From positions 83,266,001-83,330,000 of the forward strand of contig OX597831.1 in assembly GCA_951406725.2 (NCBI GenBank): a DNA stretch of 64,000 nt, in the 5' to 3' direction. How positions within the stretch are numbered: position 1 is the first letter of the stretch; every line of letters starts with the position of its first letter. Source of the DNA: Octopus vulgaris (lineage: Eukaryota). Positions 28,357 through 44,765 of the stretch are shown here, piece after piece. The notes under the pieces are model-generated. The model was not told the origin of the DNA. It ran no database searches and worked only from the letters and a program-made list of their open reading frames with translations. Made by a program: the position numbers and the translations under genes.

Positions 28357-30556
28357 CATCGACTACATCCTATGTCAGCAACGGTAGAAGAGTTCAGTCC
28401 AAGCTGTGAAGACGTTCCCTAGGGCAGACTGTGGATCTGACCATGAACTTCTGGTTGCCAAGATCAAGATGCGACTCTGCAGCGTCAAGCGACCACACGC
28501 TTACCAGAAATTTGATACCAGGAAGATCGGTCCATCATATGCCGCTGAGATCAGAAACCGCTTCGAACTGCTCGCCATCGAAGAGAATCAAGAAGCAGAA
28601 GAAATATGGGAAAAGGTGAAGGAAATTGTCGTTGAAACAGCAGAGAAACATGAACTGTACAAGAAACCCATACGATCAGCAAAGTGGATTTCGGAGGAGG
28701 CTATTGCAAAAGTAGAAGAAAGAAGGAGATGGCCAGAAGCAGGGATGAAGTGCGGCGCCTGAATGCAATGTTCCAACAGGCCGCCAGGAAGGACAAAAGA
28801 GAAATACTGGAATGAGGAATGTGCAAGGGCAGAGGGGACATACAGGAAAGGGAACATGAGAGAACCGGTACCAACGTGTAAAGAAGACCCGTACAGCATT
28901 CATGGCCAGACAAGCAACCATCCGAGGGAGAAATGGTGAAGAACTGCATGACCAAGAAGGGATCAGGAAAAGATGGAAAGAGTACCCTGAACAGTTGTAT
29001 GCAGGGAACAGCCTTGATGGGCAGGCAGAAGAGAAACCACTGGAACTGGAACTGGAGCTAGACATCCTGGAGGACGAGGTGGTATGGGCAATGAAACTGT
29101 TGGCCAACCGAAAAACCCCAGGTACTGATGGTATTCCACTAGAAGTACTCAAGCCAATACCAACGAAAACACTAACATCGCTTTGCCAACGAATATGGAG
29201 AACCGGTAAGTGGCCAAGGTAATGGAAGAGGTCAGTTTTCATCCCAATACCAAAGAAAAGAGATACCAAGGACTGCGCAAACTACCGTACCATCACCCTG
29301 ATCCCCATGTAAGCAAAATCCTCCTTAAAATCCTCCAGAAGCGCCTGAACACAACTATTGAGAGAGAACTGCCAGAGGTGCAAGCTGGTTTCAGAAAGGG
29401 AAGAGGCACCTGCGATCACATCGCCAACCTACGGTGGATTATGGAAAAGGCAAGAGAATACCAAAAGAAGCTGTACATGTGTTTCATCGATTACTCCAAA
29501 GCCTTTGACAGCATTGATCATGACAAGTTATGGAAATGTCTGGAGAAAATGGGAAAAACCTTTACACCTTGTCCAGCTTATTAGATCACTCTATCAAAAC
29601 CAAGAGGCTACAGTACGGACACCATATGGCGACACTGATTGGTTTTAGATTGGAAAAGGCACTCTGCAAGGTTGCATCCTGTCACCAGCAGCCTTCAATA
29701 TGTACGTTGAAAAGGTGATGAGGAATGCAGGCCTGGAGGATAGCAGCATTGGAGTGAGGATTGGAGGAAGAAATATTAATAACCTTCGCTATGCAGATGA
29801 TACAACCCTGCTGGCGGAGAGTGGTAAGGATCTGGAGGATCTTGTCCTGCTGGTCAAGAAAGAGAGTGAACAATTTGGGCTGTACCTCAATGTTAAGAAA
29901 ACGAAGATCATGTCAACAGCAGCCACAACAAACATCAGCATCAAGATCGATAATGAAGAGATCGAAGTGGTTGATGATTTGATCTTCCTTGGCTCCAAAA
30001 TAAATCAAGATGGTGACTGCACTCCAGAAATAAGACGGCGGATAGTACTGGGCAGAGAGGCATTGGTCAGCATGAGCAAGATCTGGAAGAGTAGAGACAT
30101 CCGTCTCGCTACCAAATGCAATCGTCTTCCCAATAGCAACATATGGATGCGAGACCTGGACACTAAAGAAAGCTGACCAGAAGAGAATTAATGCATTCGA
30201 GCTTTGGTGTTGGAGAAGACTTTTACGGATTCCATGGACAGCGAGGCTCACCAATGGAGAAGTTCTTAAGCAGATCGGGCCGAAAATGTCACTAGAAGCT
30301 AGGATCACCAAGCATAGATTGGCATATTTCGGTCATATTATGCGGAGAAAATCCCTGGAGAAGGACATCATGCTCGGAATGGTCAGTGGCAAGAGAGGAA
30401 GAGGCCGACCAAGAACCTGCTAGCTTGACACCATCAAGAGTGATACTGGAATGGACATAGCCAATCTGAAAGAAGCGACCCAGGATAGAACTGACTGGAG
30501 GACACTGATCCAACGAGTGACCGAGAGTCGACTTCGACTGAACGGATAGATACATG
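28357..30556 (+). mobile_element. 5'-truncated RTE/BovB-like LINE, disrupted
   Basis: Endonuclease end IDYILC...GSDHELL; RT motifs QAGFRKGRGT, FIDYSKAFD, QGCILSP, NNLRYADD; C-terminal RGRP. The 3' end GAGTCGACTTCGACTGAAC is BovB-like. Candidate TSD GTRTTGCGAA at 28347-28356 and 30557-30566 (9/10). Confidence 0.93.
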
Positions 30557-31290
30557 GTATTGCGAATTTTCGTTCTTGAATTTTTAAACTTATAAATGTC
30601 TGTTTTAAGCAATGTTTTGACTGTTATTTCTAGCAACTGCTGTTAGTTTGTTCGCAGCTTTTAAATATTTAATTTTCTCGCGTATGTTTTAATGTTTTTC
30701 ACTGTTATTTCCAATGTTTTGACATGCCGGCGACCTCCCCACCACTTCTTACTGCTACTGTGACAGTTTTCTGATTGGCACCTATTGTATATATAATATA
30801 TATATACATTGTATATATAATACATATATATGTATATATATATAATATTAAAGGGATCAAGATAAAAGAAAACACCTTCCCCAACATGCTGCAAATAGAT
30901 GCCTTTGACATCTATTTTTAGCACATTATATATATAATTATTAATTTAGAATATAAATAACCTACATGATTTTATTTCATGCTGACCACTTGATATAACC
31001 ATTTACGTGATCTTACCTTCAATTCTATTAATAAATATATATTAATATAAGATATATTAATGGTTTATTCTACTGAAGATTGCAAAGCAATTTTTTTGCA
31101 GAGCGTGAAATCACGAGGTTTTGGATTATCCAATATTTTTGGTACTTTCTTGCTCATTCTCTCGCGCTCCTACCTGCGGTTGAATATAGAGAACAAATTA
31201 CAGAGTGGATTGTAGGTATTTGACACCTATTTCTAACATTGGCGCTGGTCATTTCCAGTAGCCCTTAACTAGTATCATATCTTTATAATT

Positions 31291-31338
<48 letters not shown>

Positions 31339-31869
31339 AATTTTACTGTTATTCTCCTTGTCCTGTCTTTTACTGTTTTTATTTCTATTTTTACTGTCTT
31401 GTTTTGCTTTTACTGTCCTGTTCTTGTTACCACTTTTACCCCTCCGCAAAAAATCCCAAATTTTATTTAATTTGCTTTGCGGGAAGGACTGTTTCAACGA
31501 AGTCGTGTCTCGCCCTTACCTTCGAAACACGGAGTAGACGAAGCAGGGGCGGCTGAAGAAGGGGAATATTCCTTGTGTTGTATGTCTTGTACTCTGCTTT
31601 TTTTGTTGTTTAAAAAATGTCCGTTTCCAGGGTTTTGTGTTTATGTTTTCGTTTCTCATTGTGTTCGACGTTTTTTTGGTGTCCTGTACCCATATATGCA
31701 TGTATTTATACAAATAGATGTATGTACGTACATATATGTATGTATATATGCATATATTTTATTTATTATTTTGTTAATATATATATATACATACACACGC
31801 ACACACACACGATATTTATATGCACCATAACTCTGTGTGTGTGCGTGTGTGTGTGTGTGTGTGTGAGTG

Positions 31870-31900
<31 letters not shown>

Positions 31901-32848
31901 GTCGCCAGTTTCTAAGTTTGATCAAAAATGACAGCGAAAATCTTTGCTGCGCCATCTGTTTAGATTAAGGAACTGTTGTTTACTTTAGCCTGAATACATT
32001 TTAGGTAGCGGCAAAGTTGCGACACAATACTAGACTGAAGGTTATTTTCCTCATGTAAGGCTGAAAATATGAAGCTGTATAGGGGTAGGCATATCTATGA
32101 AACTGTGCATCTAGAAACTGTACGAATATCTTTGTATACGTGGGCGGATGGAGGGGTGGATGTGTTCAGGAACATACATCTTTAAACACATAAGCACACC
32201 TTTACGTAAGCGAGTATGTGTGTGTGTGTGTGCGTGTGTGTGTGTGCGTGTGCGTGTGTGTGTGTGCGTGTGTATGTATGTGTGTGTGTACATGTCTGTT
32301 CATGCATGTGAGAATTCTTGCCTTAATGGATGGATGTTCACTGTTTGTTTAGACTGGCCACCTGCCTGGTGACACAGTTGTAAAGATGAAATCCAGACTG
32401 CCACTCCTGTTCTCCTCCCACAACCATTTACTCCCTTCCCCCACCCATAAACACACACACGCACACGAGGGGTGGGTGGAGTGCTGGTATTTGTTAATAA
32501 AGATCATGCACTTAGAAGCCTAGTCGTGTTTCTTGCGAACTTCAGAATCCTGGAGTTGTAAATAAACTAATTCGATTCATGGTTTTTATATATGAATGAT
32601 AGAATGAGGTTTGTGTGGGAAACAGAATTTCGATGTCTAATACTAGCCGATATTCTGTAGAATACTCAGGTGTGTGAGTGAAGTATGTGGTGGAGAACGC
32701 CCCCTGGAGGACTATTAACACAAAAGAAGTTAACAATCTTTTCACAGTGTAAAGCGAGTTAAGAAATTTAAATTTGAAATTAGAAAATATGAAAGGAAAC
32801 GAGTTTACATATACAAATATATAATTTAAAATCTATTACTATAATCAT

Positions 32849-33775
32849 TGAGTGAGTAGCACACGCCGTCAAAGTGACACTGGGGTGTAAATGTACAAAT
32901 CCCATTATACCCATCATGACTATATGAGCGTGATATGGTGATCTCATATCAAGATAAATAGCGCATGACCTTGCAGGTGGGCACAGTAAAGGTTTTCTTC
33001 AAGCCGAGTAGTTCATTCTGCTTAAAAGGTCTCTTATTTCTTTATTGCCCACAAGGGGCTAAATGTAGAGGGGACAAACAAGGACAGACAAAGGGATTAA
33101 GTCGATTACATCGACCCAGTGCGAAACTGGTACTTAATTTATCGACCCCGAAAGGACGAAAGGCAATCTCGACCTCGGCGGAATTTGAACTTAGAACGTA
33201 ACGGCAGACGAAATACCTATTTCTTTACTACCCACAAGGAGCTAAACACAGAGAGGACAAACAAGGACCGACAAACGGATTAAGTCGATTACATCGGCCC
33301 CAGTGCTTAAATGGCACTTATTTAATCGACCTCGAAAGAATGAAAGGCAAAGTCAACCTCGGCGGAATTTGAACTCAGAACGTAGCGGCAGACAAAATAC
33401 CGCGAAGCACTTCGCCCGGCGTGCTAACGTTTCTGCCAGCTCACCGCCTTTCTGCTTAAAAGGTCCCTGAATAAGGGTTGTTTGAGGATGATGAACAAAA
33501 TATCTATGCTTCCAGAGGTGAATTATTAAAACCCTAAGAATTCCTCTCAACACATTGCTATGATGCTTCCTTACTACTCCTATTCATGATCAAAGATATA
33601 AATATTGTCGGCCACAAAGGGATCTACTCAACTGCTTGGTCAAGTAACTGAGAGACAAATCTGTGGTATTGGGCAGAATATTTGCTGTAGCGCAACTTTT
33701 ACACCAAAATAAAGTATGTACATGTTAACGCTTCCAATCAGTTAGGATCAGAAACGAAGAAAGCCACAACCTATA
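32849..33775. mobile_element. Older copy of the 34484-35040 element, interrupted by a SINE
   Basis: Colinear similarity (GTCAAAGTGACACTGGGG ... CCAATCAGTTA). Split at TSD TTCTGCTTAAAAGGTC. Confidence 0.85.
33032..33449 (-). mobile_element. tRNA-derived SINE (family A), partial dimer with Tx1-like tail and 16-bp TSD
   Basis: Head AAGGCGGTGAGCTGGCAGAAACG, B-box GTTCAAATTCC; body plus tail occur twice. TSD TTCTGCTTAAAAGGTC at 33016-33031 and 33450-33465. Confidence 0.9.
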
Positions 33776-34350
33776 TTACCTATGGTGAAGTTCTTATCAT
33801 TTCTATTTAGTGGTAATCATATAAAGAACTATTTTATTTGTTTTAGAATTCTTCAGCATGACTTAACATGTAAATATTTGAATTAGATATATTAAGAAAA
33901 GAGACATGACATATATTATAAATGTTGTTCGACACAATCGTTTTCGATGTACAAGAGATGACAGGCGATGCCTGTAAACAGTTCACAACTGAGAATTTCA
34001 AAATGAGGAATTGGTGGAAGAGAGGTCAATATTGGGGTGTGGGGTGGCGTTTGCAATAATCTAGACTCTAGGTTTTCATCTTGATAAGACACAAGCAAGC
34101 AGGCACGACGCCAGACCTCTGGTGCACGCGAATGCTCAGAATGTTTTGAGTGAGCACTAATTTATAATAAGGTTGAAGTGGAGTTTCGGAATAAGTGTAT
34201 CACAGTAAAGATTTTCCACAATTTCGTCAATTGCAAAAGTTCGGATTGAAGCACACTATTTAACCCGTCATAACTTTTTATTTTTTGGTATTTTTAGAAA
34301 ACGTTTGCGAATTTGTGCTCTATATACTATATTTTGTACGTTTGTGCAAA

Positions 34351-34352
<2 letters not shown>

Positions 34353-34408
<56 letters not shown>

Positions 34409-34428
34409 ATCATTATTATTATTATTAC

Positions 34429-34483
<55 letters not shown>
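34353..34483. repeat. (TTA)n microsatellite
   Basis: Direct reading. Confidence 0.98.
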
Positions 34484-36667
<2,184 letters not shown>

Positions 36668-36694
36668 ATAATAATAATAATAATGATAATAATG

Positions 36695-36756
<62 letters not shown>

Positions 36757-36761
<5 letters not shown>

Positions 36762-37127
36762 CGTGTCTCTAAAAGAAATGGAGAAACTCTCAAAATACAA
36801 AGACCTGGAAATAGAGGTAACTAGAATGTGGAATCTGAAAACAGAAACAATTCCTATCATAGTAGGTGCATTAGGCATGATAAAAAAATATTCAAACAAA
36901 TACATAACAAAAACACCAGGACTTACAAACACATATAACATACAGAAAATTGCACTACTAGGCACTGCACACATCCTACGCAGAACACTTTCCATACAAT
37001 AACCATCAGAGCATCACAACAAATCACAGCACGTACCCAAGGCACACAGAGCTGCGCTCGGTAGTGAAGTGAAAGCACGCTATAAAAATAAAACTACTGA
37101 ATAATAATAATAATAATGATAATAATG

Positions 37128-37191
<64 letters not shown>

Positions 37192-37557
37192 CGTGTCTCT
37201 AAAAGAAATGGAGAAACTCTCAAAATACAAAGACCTGGAAATAGAGGTAACTAGAATGTGGAATCTGAAAACAGAAACAATTCCTATCATAGTAGGTGCA
37301 TTAGGCATGATAAAAAAATATTCAAACAAATACATAACAAAAACACCAGGACTTACAAACACATATAACATACAGAAAATTGCACTACTAGGCACTGCAC
37401 ACATCCTACGCAGAACACTTTCCATACAATAACCATCAGAGCATCACAACAAATCACAGCACGTACCCAAGGCACACAGAGCTGCGCTCGGTAGTGAAGT
37501 GAAAGCACGCTATAAAAATAAAACTACTGAATAATAATAATAATAATGATAATAATG

Positions 37558-37630
<73 letters not shown>

Positions 37631-37841
37631 CGTGTCTCTAAAAGAAATGGAGAAACTCTCAAAATACAAAGACCTGGAAATAGAGGTAACTAGAATGTGG
37701 AATCTAAAAACAGAAACAATTCCTATCATAGTATTATATACAATAACCATCAGAGCATCACAACAAATCACAGCACATACCCAAGGCACACAGAGCTGCG
37801 CTCGGTAGTGAAGTGAAAGCACGCTATAAAAAATAAAACTA

Positions 37842-37846
<5 letters not shown>
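36757..37846 (+). repeat. Three further tandem copies of the Dong-type 3' end (about 340 bp plus TAA tract)
   Basis: Units start CAACGTGTCTCTAAAAG near 36759, 37189 and 37628 (period about 430-440 bp). The last copy has an internal deletion. Confidence 0.95.
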
Positions 37847-37909
<63 letters not shown>

Positions 37910-38244
37910 TAATATTAATTCACCCCCTCATCCGACTAAAAATACGGACAGTTAGAATCTGCCATTTGTTTCTGTTTTTAATTTCCAGACGAAAAGTTGT
38001 GCAATTTGGGAGATTTAGCTGTTGTTTCTAGCACATCCCATGATCATCTGGTACCTTCTTCGTTTCACTGTCACTGATATATTTGGATATTTTTCAATAT
38101 TTTTCTCCGCATAAAAATATCTTTAATGGAATGATGATGCAGAAGTAACACATGGGTTTTGTTTCGGCCAACGGTGGTCCATTGCTGGGAATTAGGCATA
38201 AAGGAAAACTCCTAACTCCCCACCTCACATACATACATACACGG

Positions 38245-38289
<45 letters not shown>

Positions 38290-38353
38290 CTGTGTGTGTA
38301 AGAAAAAACATATTTAGTCGCAGAAAAGTGTGTTATCAAAATAAATTATCGTA

Positions 38354-39032
38354 TTACATCTGGTAAAGTACAGAACAAGAACATTTTTACTTAAAATATT
38401 GCAGCTAAGGATAAAATTTGAATAATAAAAATTATTTGGTTTTAATTTACAAAATAACATTATAATAAAAAAAGGTACCATAATTTTATTAAAATATTGA
38501 CACACTTGAATGCTTGAAAAATGAGAGCCAGAAGTACCAATATAATTAAAGTTTTATGCAAAGTAGAACAGTATATATGGTAGGCAAATTCATTTTGTAA
38601 AAAATAGGCATTGGTTCAAGACTAAAAAGGTGAAGACTTGGCAATAACTTAGGCAATAACTCAAGCAAATTTTATTGTTAATTTGTTGTTATAGGTAGAT
38701 TTTACTGTAATACACAACTAGATTTTGTATTATTATATTTATTGTACTAACTAATTATGTACTATTATTATTTCGTATAACCTAATTTCAAATTTCTAAT
38801 TATTAACTGATAATTTTAAAAAATGAATTTTTTTAAAGTGCAAAAAATATTTTAAGTTCTTATCTTTAATAGAAGTAACAAGTAATAACAAAGAGAAGTA
38901 AAACTTGTAATAAAATTTTTAATTTTAATAAAAGCTAATATTTTCTAAAGCTAAATATTTTATTTGAAATTTTATCCTTAGCTGCAATATTGTAAGTAAA
39001 AATTTTCGTGTTCTGTATTTTACCAGATGTAA
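38354..39032. mobile_element. MITE with about 85-bp terminal inverted repeats and TA flanks (Tc1/mariner-type)
   Basis: TA|TTACATCTGGTAAAGTACAGAAC...GCAGCTAAGGATAAAATTT mirrors AAATTTTATCCTTAGCTGC...GTTCTGTATTTTACCAGATGTAA|TA. Confidence 0.8.
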
Positions 39033-40038
39033 TATCTTGTCCTGTACTTTCCCAGGTTTATAATCTTGAGAATATTATTTCTCTTGCTCACATTTTTCCA
39101 TGTAATATAAATAATCGTAAGAGACAGAGTTTGTAGAACACAAACACACACAAATTTTCTGAAAATACCAAAAACCTTTAAAATGCCATGAGCGGTTTCA
39201 CCGGAAGTAGTGCGCGAGTTTTTTTTTTAACTTTTTGAATTTGGATTTCGAATGATTTAAAAAATTATTTTGAAATTATAAGCAGAAATAAATGGTAGAT
39301 TCGGATAGTCCGTATTTTAAACTATGATTTTTTAAAAATTAGTTTTAATGATTAATTACCGGTAAAAAAAAATGTTTTAAATTTTGCTTTTTTAAGCCCC
39401 TCCCCCCTTCCTCTCCTCCTCTTCTTCTTACTTCACTTCATCCTACTCCCTCACCCCCTTGCACGCAACTGGCCGTGAATTTTTCCTTTTCAATCTTTTA
39501 CGAACATTCTTTCAGAATTGTTTCAAATAGCAGAGATGTTGATGACACAAAAGTGCTTTCCATTTTTCCCTCCCGACTCTCCTCTATTTCGAAAGATGCA
39601 CCAAGCTGTGACCTGTTAAGATGTATGGCTTAAGGTTTGTAGGATATACTTTAGGGTTATGGTATAGGTTTAAGGTGAAGATTGGGATTTACGGTTAGGG
39701 GTTAGGTTAAATGAAGAAGAGGTGTTTATGTAGATGGGACCAGAAGCAGTGTTTGTGTGCGTGTTGGGATCTTTTCATGTCGTCCTTGACGTTTTTCGAT
39801 TTTACTTTTTTCTTTATTCAGTCTCACTTGTTCTTTCTTATTATTTCCCAGGGAAATTCTTCATCAGTCTCTTTCCTTCATCTGGAATTTTGTTTTGAAA
39901 TCAAATTTTGTTCTGGTTTTTGAAGAAAAGTTAATCAGGCTTCAAAAAACGTATTGTGGGAAGATTTTTATAAACTGTACTTTCTAAATCTGAGAGTGCT
40001 CCATTGAATAGTGAGGGGTTGCAGTGCCGTCCAGCGAC

Positions 40039-40698
40039 GGGCATGCATGAATCGATGGTGTAATGGTGTCTCTGTTTAACAGTGACAGAGAGGTGATGAA
40101 GAGATAGATAGAAGGATAGGTAGATTAATACGATGCCTGTGTTGGCATGCATAAGTAGTCGCTATGTATCTGGTTATGGAACTATTTTTAATAATTTGTT
40201 AGATAAATGTTTAATCATGAATGTAAACAAGATCACTGCCAAATAATAAGTAACAGTGTTGGAGAAGAGATCATATCGATATTTATGTGTGTGTGTGTAT
40301 GCGTGCGTTTGTCTGTGGACGTACGTACGTACGTAAGTACATGTGCTTGCCTGTGGGTTCGTTTGTCGTCGTCGTTCTGTGCAATTATACACACACACAC
40401 ACACACACACACAGATATATGTTTATATATATATATATATCTTTCCTTCGATCTATCTATCTACTGCCCAAAACTGATATCGATTATCAGGTAGTGGTCT
40501 TGTTTACACACATAATTAAACATTTATTTAATAAATTATTAAAAATAACTCAATAACCTGATACACATCGAATATCAATGCATGCCAACACAGGTATACT
40601 ATTAATCTACCTATCCTTCTATCTAGCTCTCTTTCATCTCTTTGTCACTGTTTTTGTTAAACAGACACACCATTACACCATGAACACATGTACATGTC
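40039..40698. repeat. Imperfect inverted repeat, about 200-bp arms
   Basis: 40039-40240 vs 40489-40698, e.g. GATAGAAGGATAGGTAGATTAATA / TATTAATCTACCTATCCTTCTATC. Confidence 0.88.
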
Positions 40699-41158
40699 CA
40701 AAATGAAACCCTAGAGCTTAGATCATTGCAAAAGCCGCCTCCATCCTAAATGTTGACCCCCATCTCTTCCATCCACTTTTTCCTTTACAAAATTTCTTTC
40801 ATAGCTTTTCATTTGTCCATTCTTCTTCTATCCAATCGTCAAATTTTAGGCTTTATTTTTCTACATTGCTCTCTACATTTAATCCTTCCATCTTTGAACT
40901 TCTCTGCCATAAGATCTGTGATGAACTAAATCTCCCAGCAATATTATGGATCGCCGAGGCCTCCGAAACAGCTGTTGGACTTATAGCACCTTTCTTCCAC
41001 ACCTTTAATTTTCTCTGTCGTTTGTACTATGAGTAAGTTATCTACGTCTCCTCCCTTTGCTTTCTCTTGTTTTGCATGTATACATATTTTGTATTTCATA
41101 TCCAAATTAATATATTTAATATATTTGATGTATCTAATTTGCATATTTGCATAATTAC

Positions 41159-41211
<53 letters not shown>

Positions 41212-42894
41212 CGTTGGCCACACATTATTTTCCAAAACTCTTTTGGCAAAGGAATATTCAGCTTTCCAGACTCATATCTACGTTGTTCAAGACATGAACG
41301 ATTTAGAAATTTGGATTCTAAAACAAAGGTTGATTTTATAGAGCACCTGCATGGGGGGATTTCCATATATATCTTAGAATATGATACCGAGTCTGAGCAG
41401 GGACCAGGCAATCAGTGAGAGGGAGAGAGAGAGTGAGAGAGAGAGAGGGGGAGGGAGAGAGAGAGGGAGGGAGAACAGTGAAGTCTCTAGAAAAATCTGG
41501 AAGACAGTGAGTAAGAGGGATAATATTATTTGAATGCTTCCTGTAGTGTGGTGGTGTTGCTGGTGGTTAGGGTAAGCCATGAGTCGTGGTATCGGATGTT
41601 GTTTGGTAAGGAAGACGACTGAAGCAAGGAGACAGACATATGGTAAGGAGAGAATGGATTTGGTGAACTGTTTAAACAAATATTGTTATTGGATTGGGTG
41701 GGGTATGGGTGGAGAGAGGGAAGTTAGTTGGAACCTTCTCTCTCATTCGAGCGAGGCTGAAAGTGGGTAGCCTGAAAGTTAAGTTAGGGAGTAAAAAAAA
41801 GGTGGTAGAAGTTATGTGGAAGACAAAGAACTAAAGATGTTGATGTGTGTGTGTGTGTGTGTGTATGTGAGGGGAGGGTTAAACATTCAATAATAAAACA
41901 AACAGCGAATGTTTTCTAGATAAATGTTATCTTCTTTATTGTTTGTTATCGGTGAGGTGGAAGCATCTACAATCCATTCCAACGCCTAATTAAAGTAAAA
42001 GCCACTTACATCAACCTCTGCGACACAAACCCCCTGATATAATTTAAGTTCTTTATTTGGTCGTATCTTGATTAATTCTTTGCTCGTATCTTTGGCAGCG
42101 AATAGACTTCACCCTTGAAATCTGACTCCACCGACAATGTGTGACTGGTTGTATTATCCTCTTCAAGATGTTCTTCTCTATTCAACCCACTACAAAAGTC
42201 CTTATCTCCAAAACCTTCGAATGCTTTACTCAAAGATGTGCCGCAGCAGTGTCAAAGGCAAATAATGTTACCCGCAATACTTGGAGAAATATTAACCAAC
42301 AGTTTTCTAAGAGTTGTATAACTTGCATGTTCTTTCATTTCCCAAATTGGAACAGGACGTCTTTACCAACTTTTAGAATTTTCTTTCTCGTCTCTCAGCC
42401 ATGTAGTACCCTGTAGATAAATAAGTCCCCCTACGTATTATTGTCGAGAATCCGACGACTAATGGAACCGGTTACTGGTTTCTGTGGCAAGTAACTGACT
42501 GAGATCACAACATACGCCCGTGAACGAGACTCCAGTCTGGCCACTCGTTTATAGCTGAGTCAATTGGAGTAACTTGCTTAAGAATACAACACACCGCTTG
42601 ACCCGGCAATTAGGACCGTGATATGGCGATCGTGAGCGCAACTCCCTAAACACACGCACCTTCGCTTTCTGGGGATTAAGTTTCCAAGTTTGTAATCTGC
42701 TTCTCTTCCCCTTCTAAACTACATCCCAAAACAATTACAAAACTTCTGTCCTTAGCACCATCACCCCTAACAATTCAATTACTTTTTCAAAGGATGTGAT
42801 TCCGTCTACCAAAGTCTTCAATCTTCTATTTCTACGAAGAGAATCTTTGGGAACATGATAACTCAGTTTCAATTAATATTGAACACAGCTTAAA

Positions 42895-43100
42895 CTGGCA
42901 AAAACGTTAGCACGCCGAGCGAAACAGTTAGCAGTATTTCGTCTGTCTTTACGTTCTGAGTTCAAATTCCGCCGAGGTCGACTTTGCCTTCCATCCTTTC
43001 AGGGTCGATAAATTAAGTACCAGTTGCGTACTGAGGTCGATCTAATCGACTGGCCTCCTCCCCCAAAATTTCGGACCTTGTGCCTGGAGTAGAAAAGAAT
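42895..43100 (+). mobile_element. tRNA-derived SINE family A
   Basis: TGGCAAAAACGTTAGCACGCC...GTTCAAATTCCGCCGAGGTCGAC...CCTTGTGCCTGGAGTAG. Degraded copies also near 728-850, 47432-47550 and 63735-63830(-). Confidence 0.88.
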
Positions 43101-44722
43101 ATTGAACATTGCCGCATATATGAAGAGAAATGTCCCTCTACATGGTTAGCGTGAGACTGGCGGTTCCAATCAGCCGTAACTAGTATTACTGTTGAAATGG
43201 AAACCGTTTTACTCAATATTCCAATAGAAAATACTGGCTTTTCCAAACCCATTTTATCATCGCTTTGCCAGAGAAAGTAAAGTTGATGCATTTTTGTAAT
43301 TTCTGTAATTTTTGTAAATTTATGTTTTGTTGGCGATAACACTTGTTGGTGATGCACAGCTGGTCTAAGATCCAGCAGACATCACAGTCGCTTTATGCTT
43401 GTAGCTTCTCAGGCATCATCAACCATCGCATCAGGCGGTGCGTCGGACAGAGAAGATTAGACTGGAGGGGGGGAGGCTAGATTGAGGATGAAGAAAGATG
43501 ACTTTCATTGCTCTTTTTTGGTACAATTTCAATATTATTTGGTTTGGCATGGAGGTCATGGGAGTACGTAATAGTTGATACTGCACTGTCAAGCGAAATA
43601 TCTCAAATTAGACCATCGTGAAGGCAATTAAAAGTGTTGTGTGCCTCAAGTGTTGTTGTTGTTGCTGCGGTTGTTATTGTTGCTGCTGCTGTTGTTGTTT
43701 ACCTAATATCAGACCTGATCGAGCAGCGACTCTCCATTCTTCAACGAGGTATCAACACTTGCGTTACTGAATGAGATCTTTTTTACGACGCTAGCGTGGA
43801 ATTCGAAAGAGTATTAGTTGCTATTTCTAGCACGTAAGACGAATGCGTAGTGGCTTTTCCGTTGACTCATTAGTACTGTGCTTGTTGAATGAGTGTGAAC
43901 CGAAGGTCATCATCCGCTGTTCACTTCAATAATGATGTTCTGACCTCTGCTCTGCTGCTACTGCTCATCCGTATTCCTTGATTTGTCTCGTTACACGTCA
44001 AGAACGAGGATGTAGTTACATGCCATCTGAATTTAAAGAAAACTGCAGCAACAATATTTCTATGGGTGGACAAACGGAATGAAAACTTGTTAGACAGTAT
44101 TAAAGGTTGGGAAAACATTTTGATCTGTATCAAAGTCAGTTCGGATACAAACAAAATGAGAGGATTGGTCGGGACTATGTATTGATGGTGTCTAACATTA
44201 TTGGTGGGAGAAGTTAATTTGTAGTTGGAAAGTAATTTTAACTTTTAATGATGTTACGTCATATTGGAAAGCATTGGGTAAAACTCTCTTGTATCTGGAG
44301 GTAGGAAATTGGAGTGAGGAAATATTTGGACCCAGCTACAATCAGAGGTTAGTTCCTCAAGAGTTCCCTGAAAAGGGTCACGGAATCTTGCCTCTCCCCT
44401 TCATTGATCTTCTTATTGATTGAGGAAAATTACTCTTGATCGATTGTAGAGTTTTAGGAGAAAAAGTTTTCTTTTCCTTCCGTCTCCCAATGTACACAAG
44501 AAGAAGAAGAAGAAGAAGAAGAAGAAGAAGAAGAAGAAGAAGAAGAAGAGGCGGCGAAGGAGGAGGCGAATGAGGAGGCAGGGAAGAAGACGAAGGAAGA
44601 CTATTTAACTACTAATACAGTCAAAATGTCCGTCGTAAGTTCCTGCATAACAAACCACAATAATTATAGAGGTATTAACATTTTTGTTGGAGTAAATTGC
44701 AAATTGAGAGACAGACAGAAAG

Positions 44723-44765
<43 letters not shown>

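Noticed and set aside
36757-37846. Regular repeat-spacer pattern resembling a CRISPR array or a repeated 79-aa gene
   Set aside because: The units are identical retrotransposon 3' ends separated by TAA tracts; there are no unique spacers or cas genes, and the context is eukaryotic.
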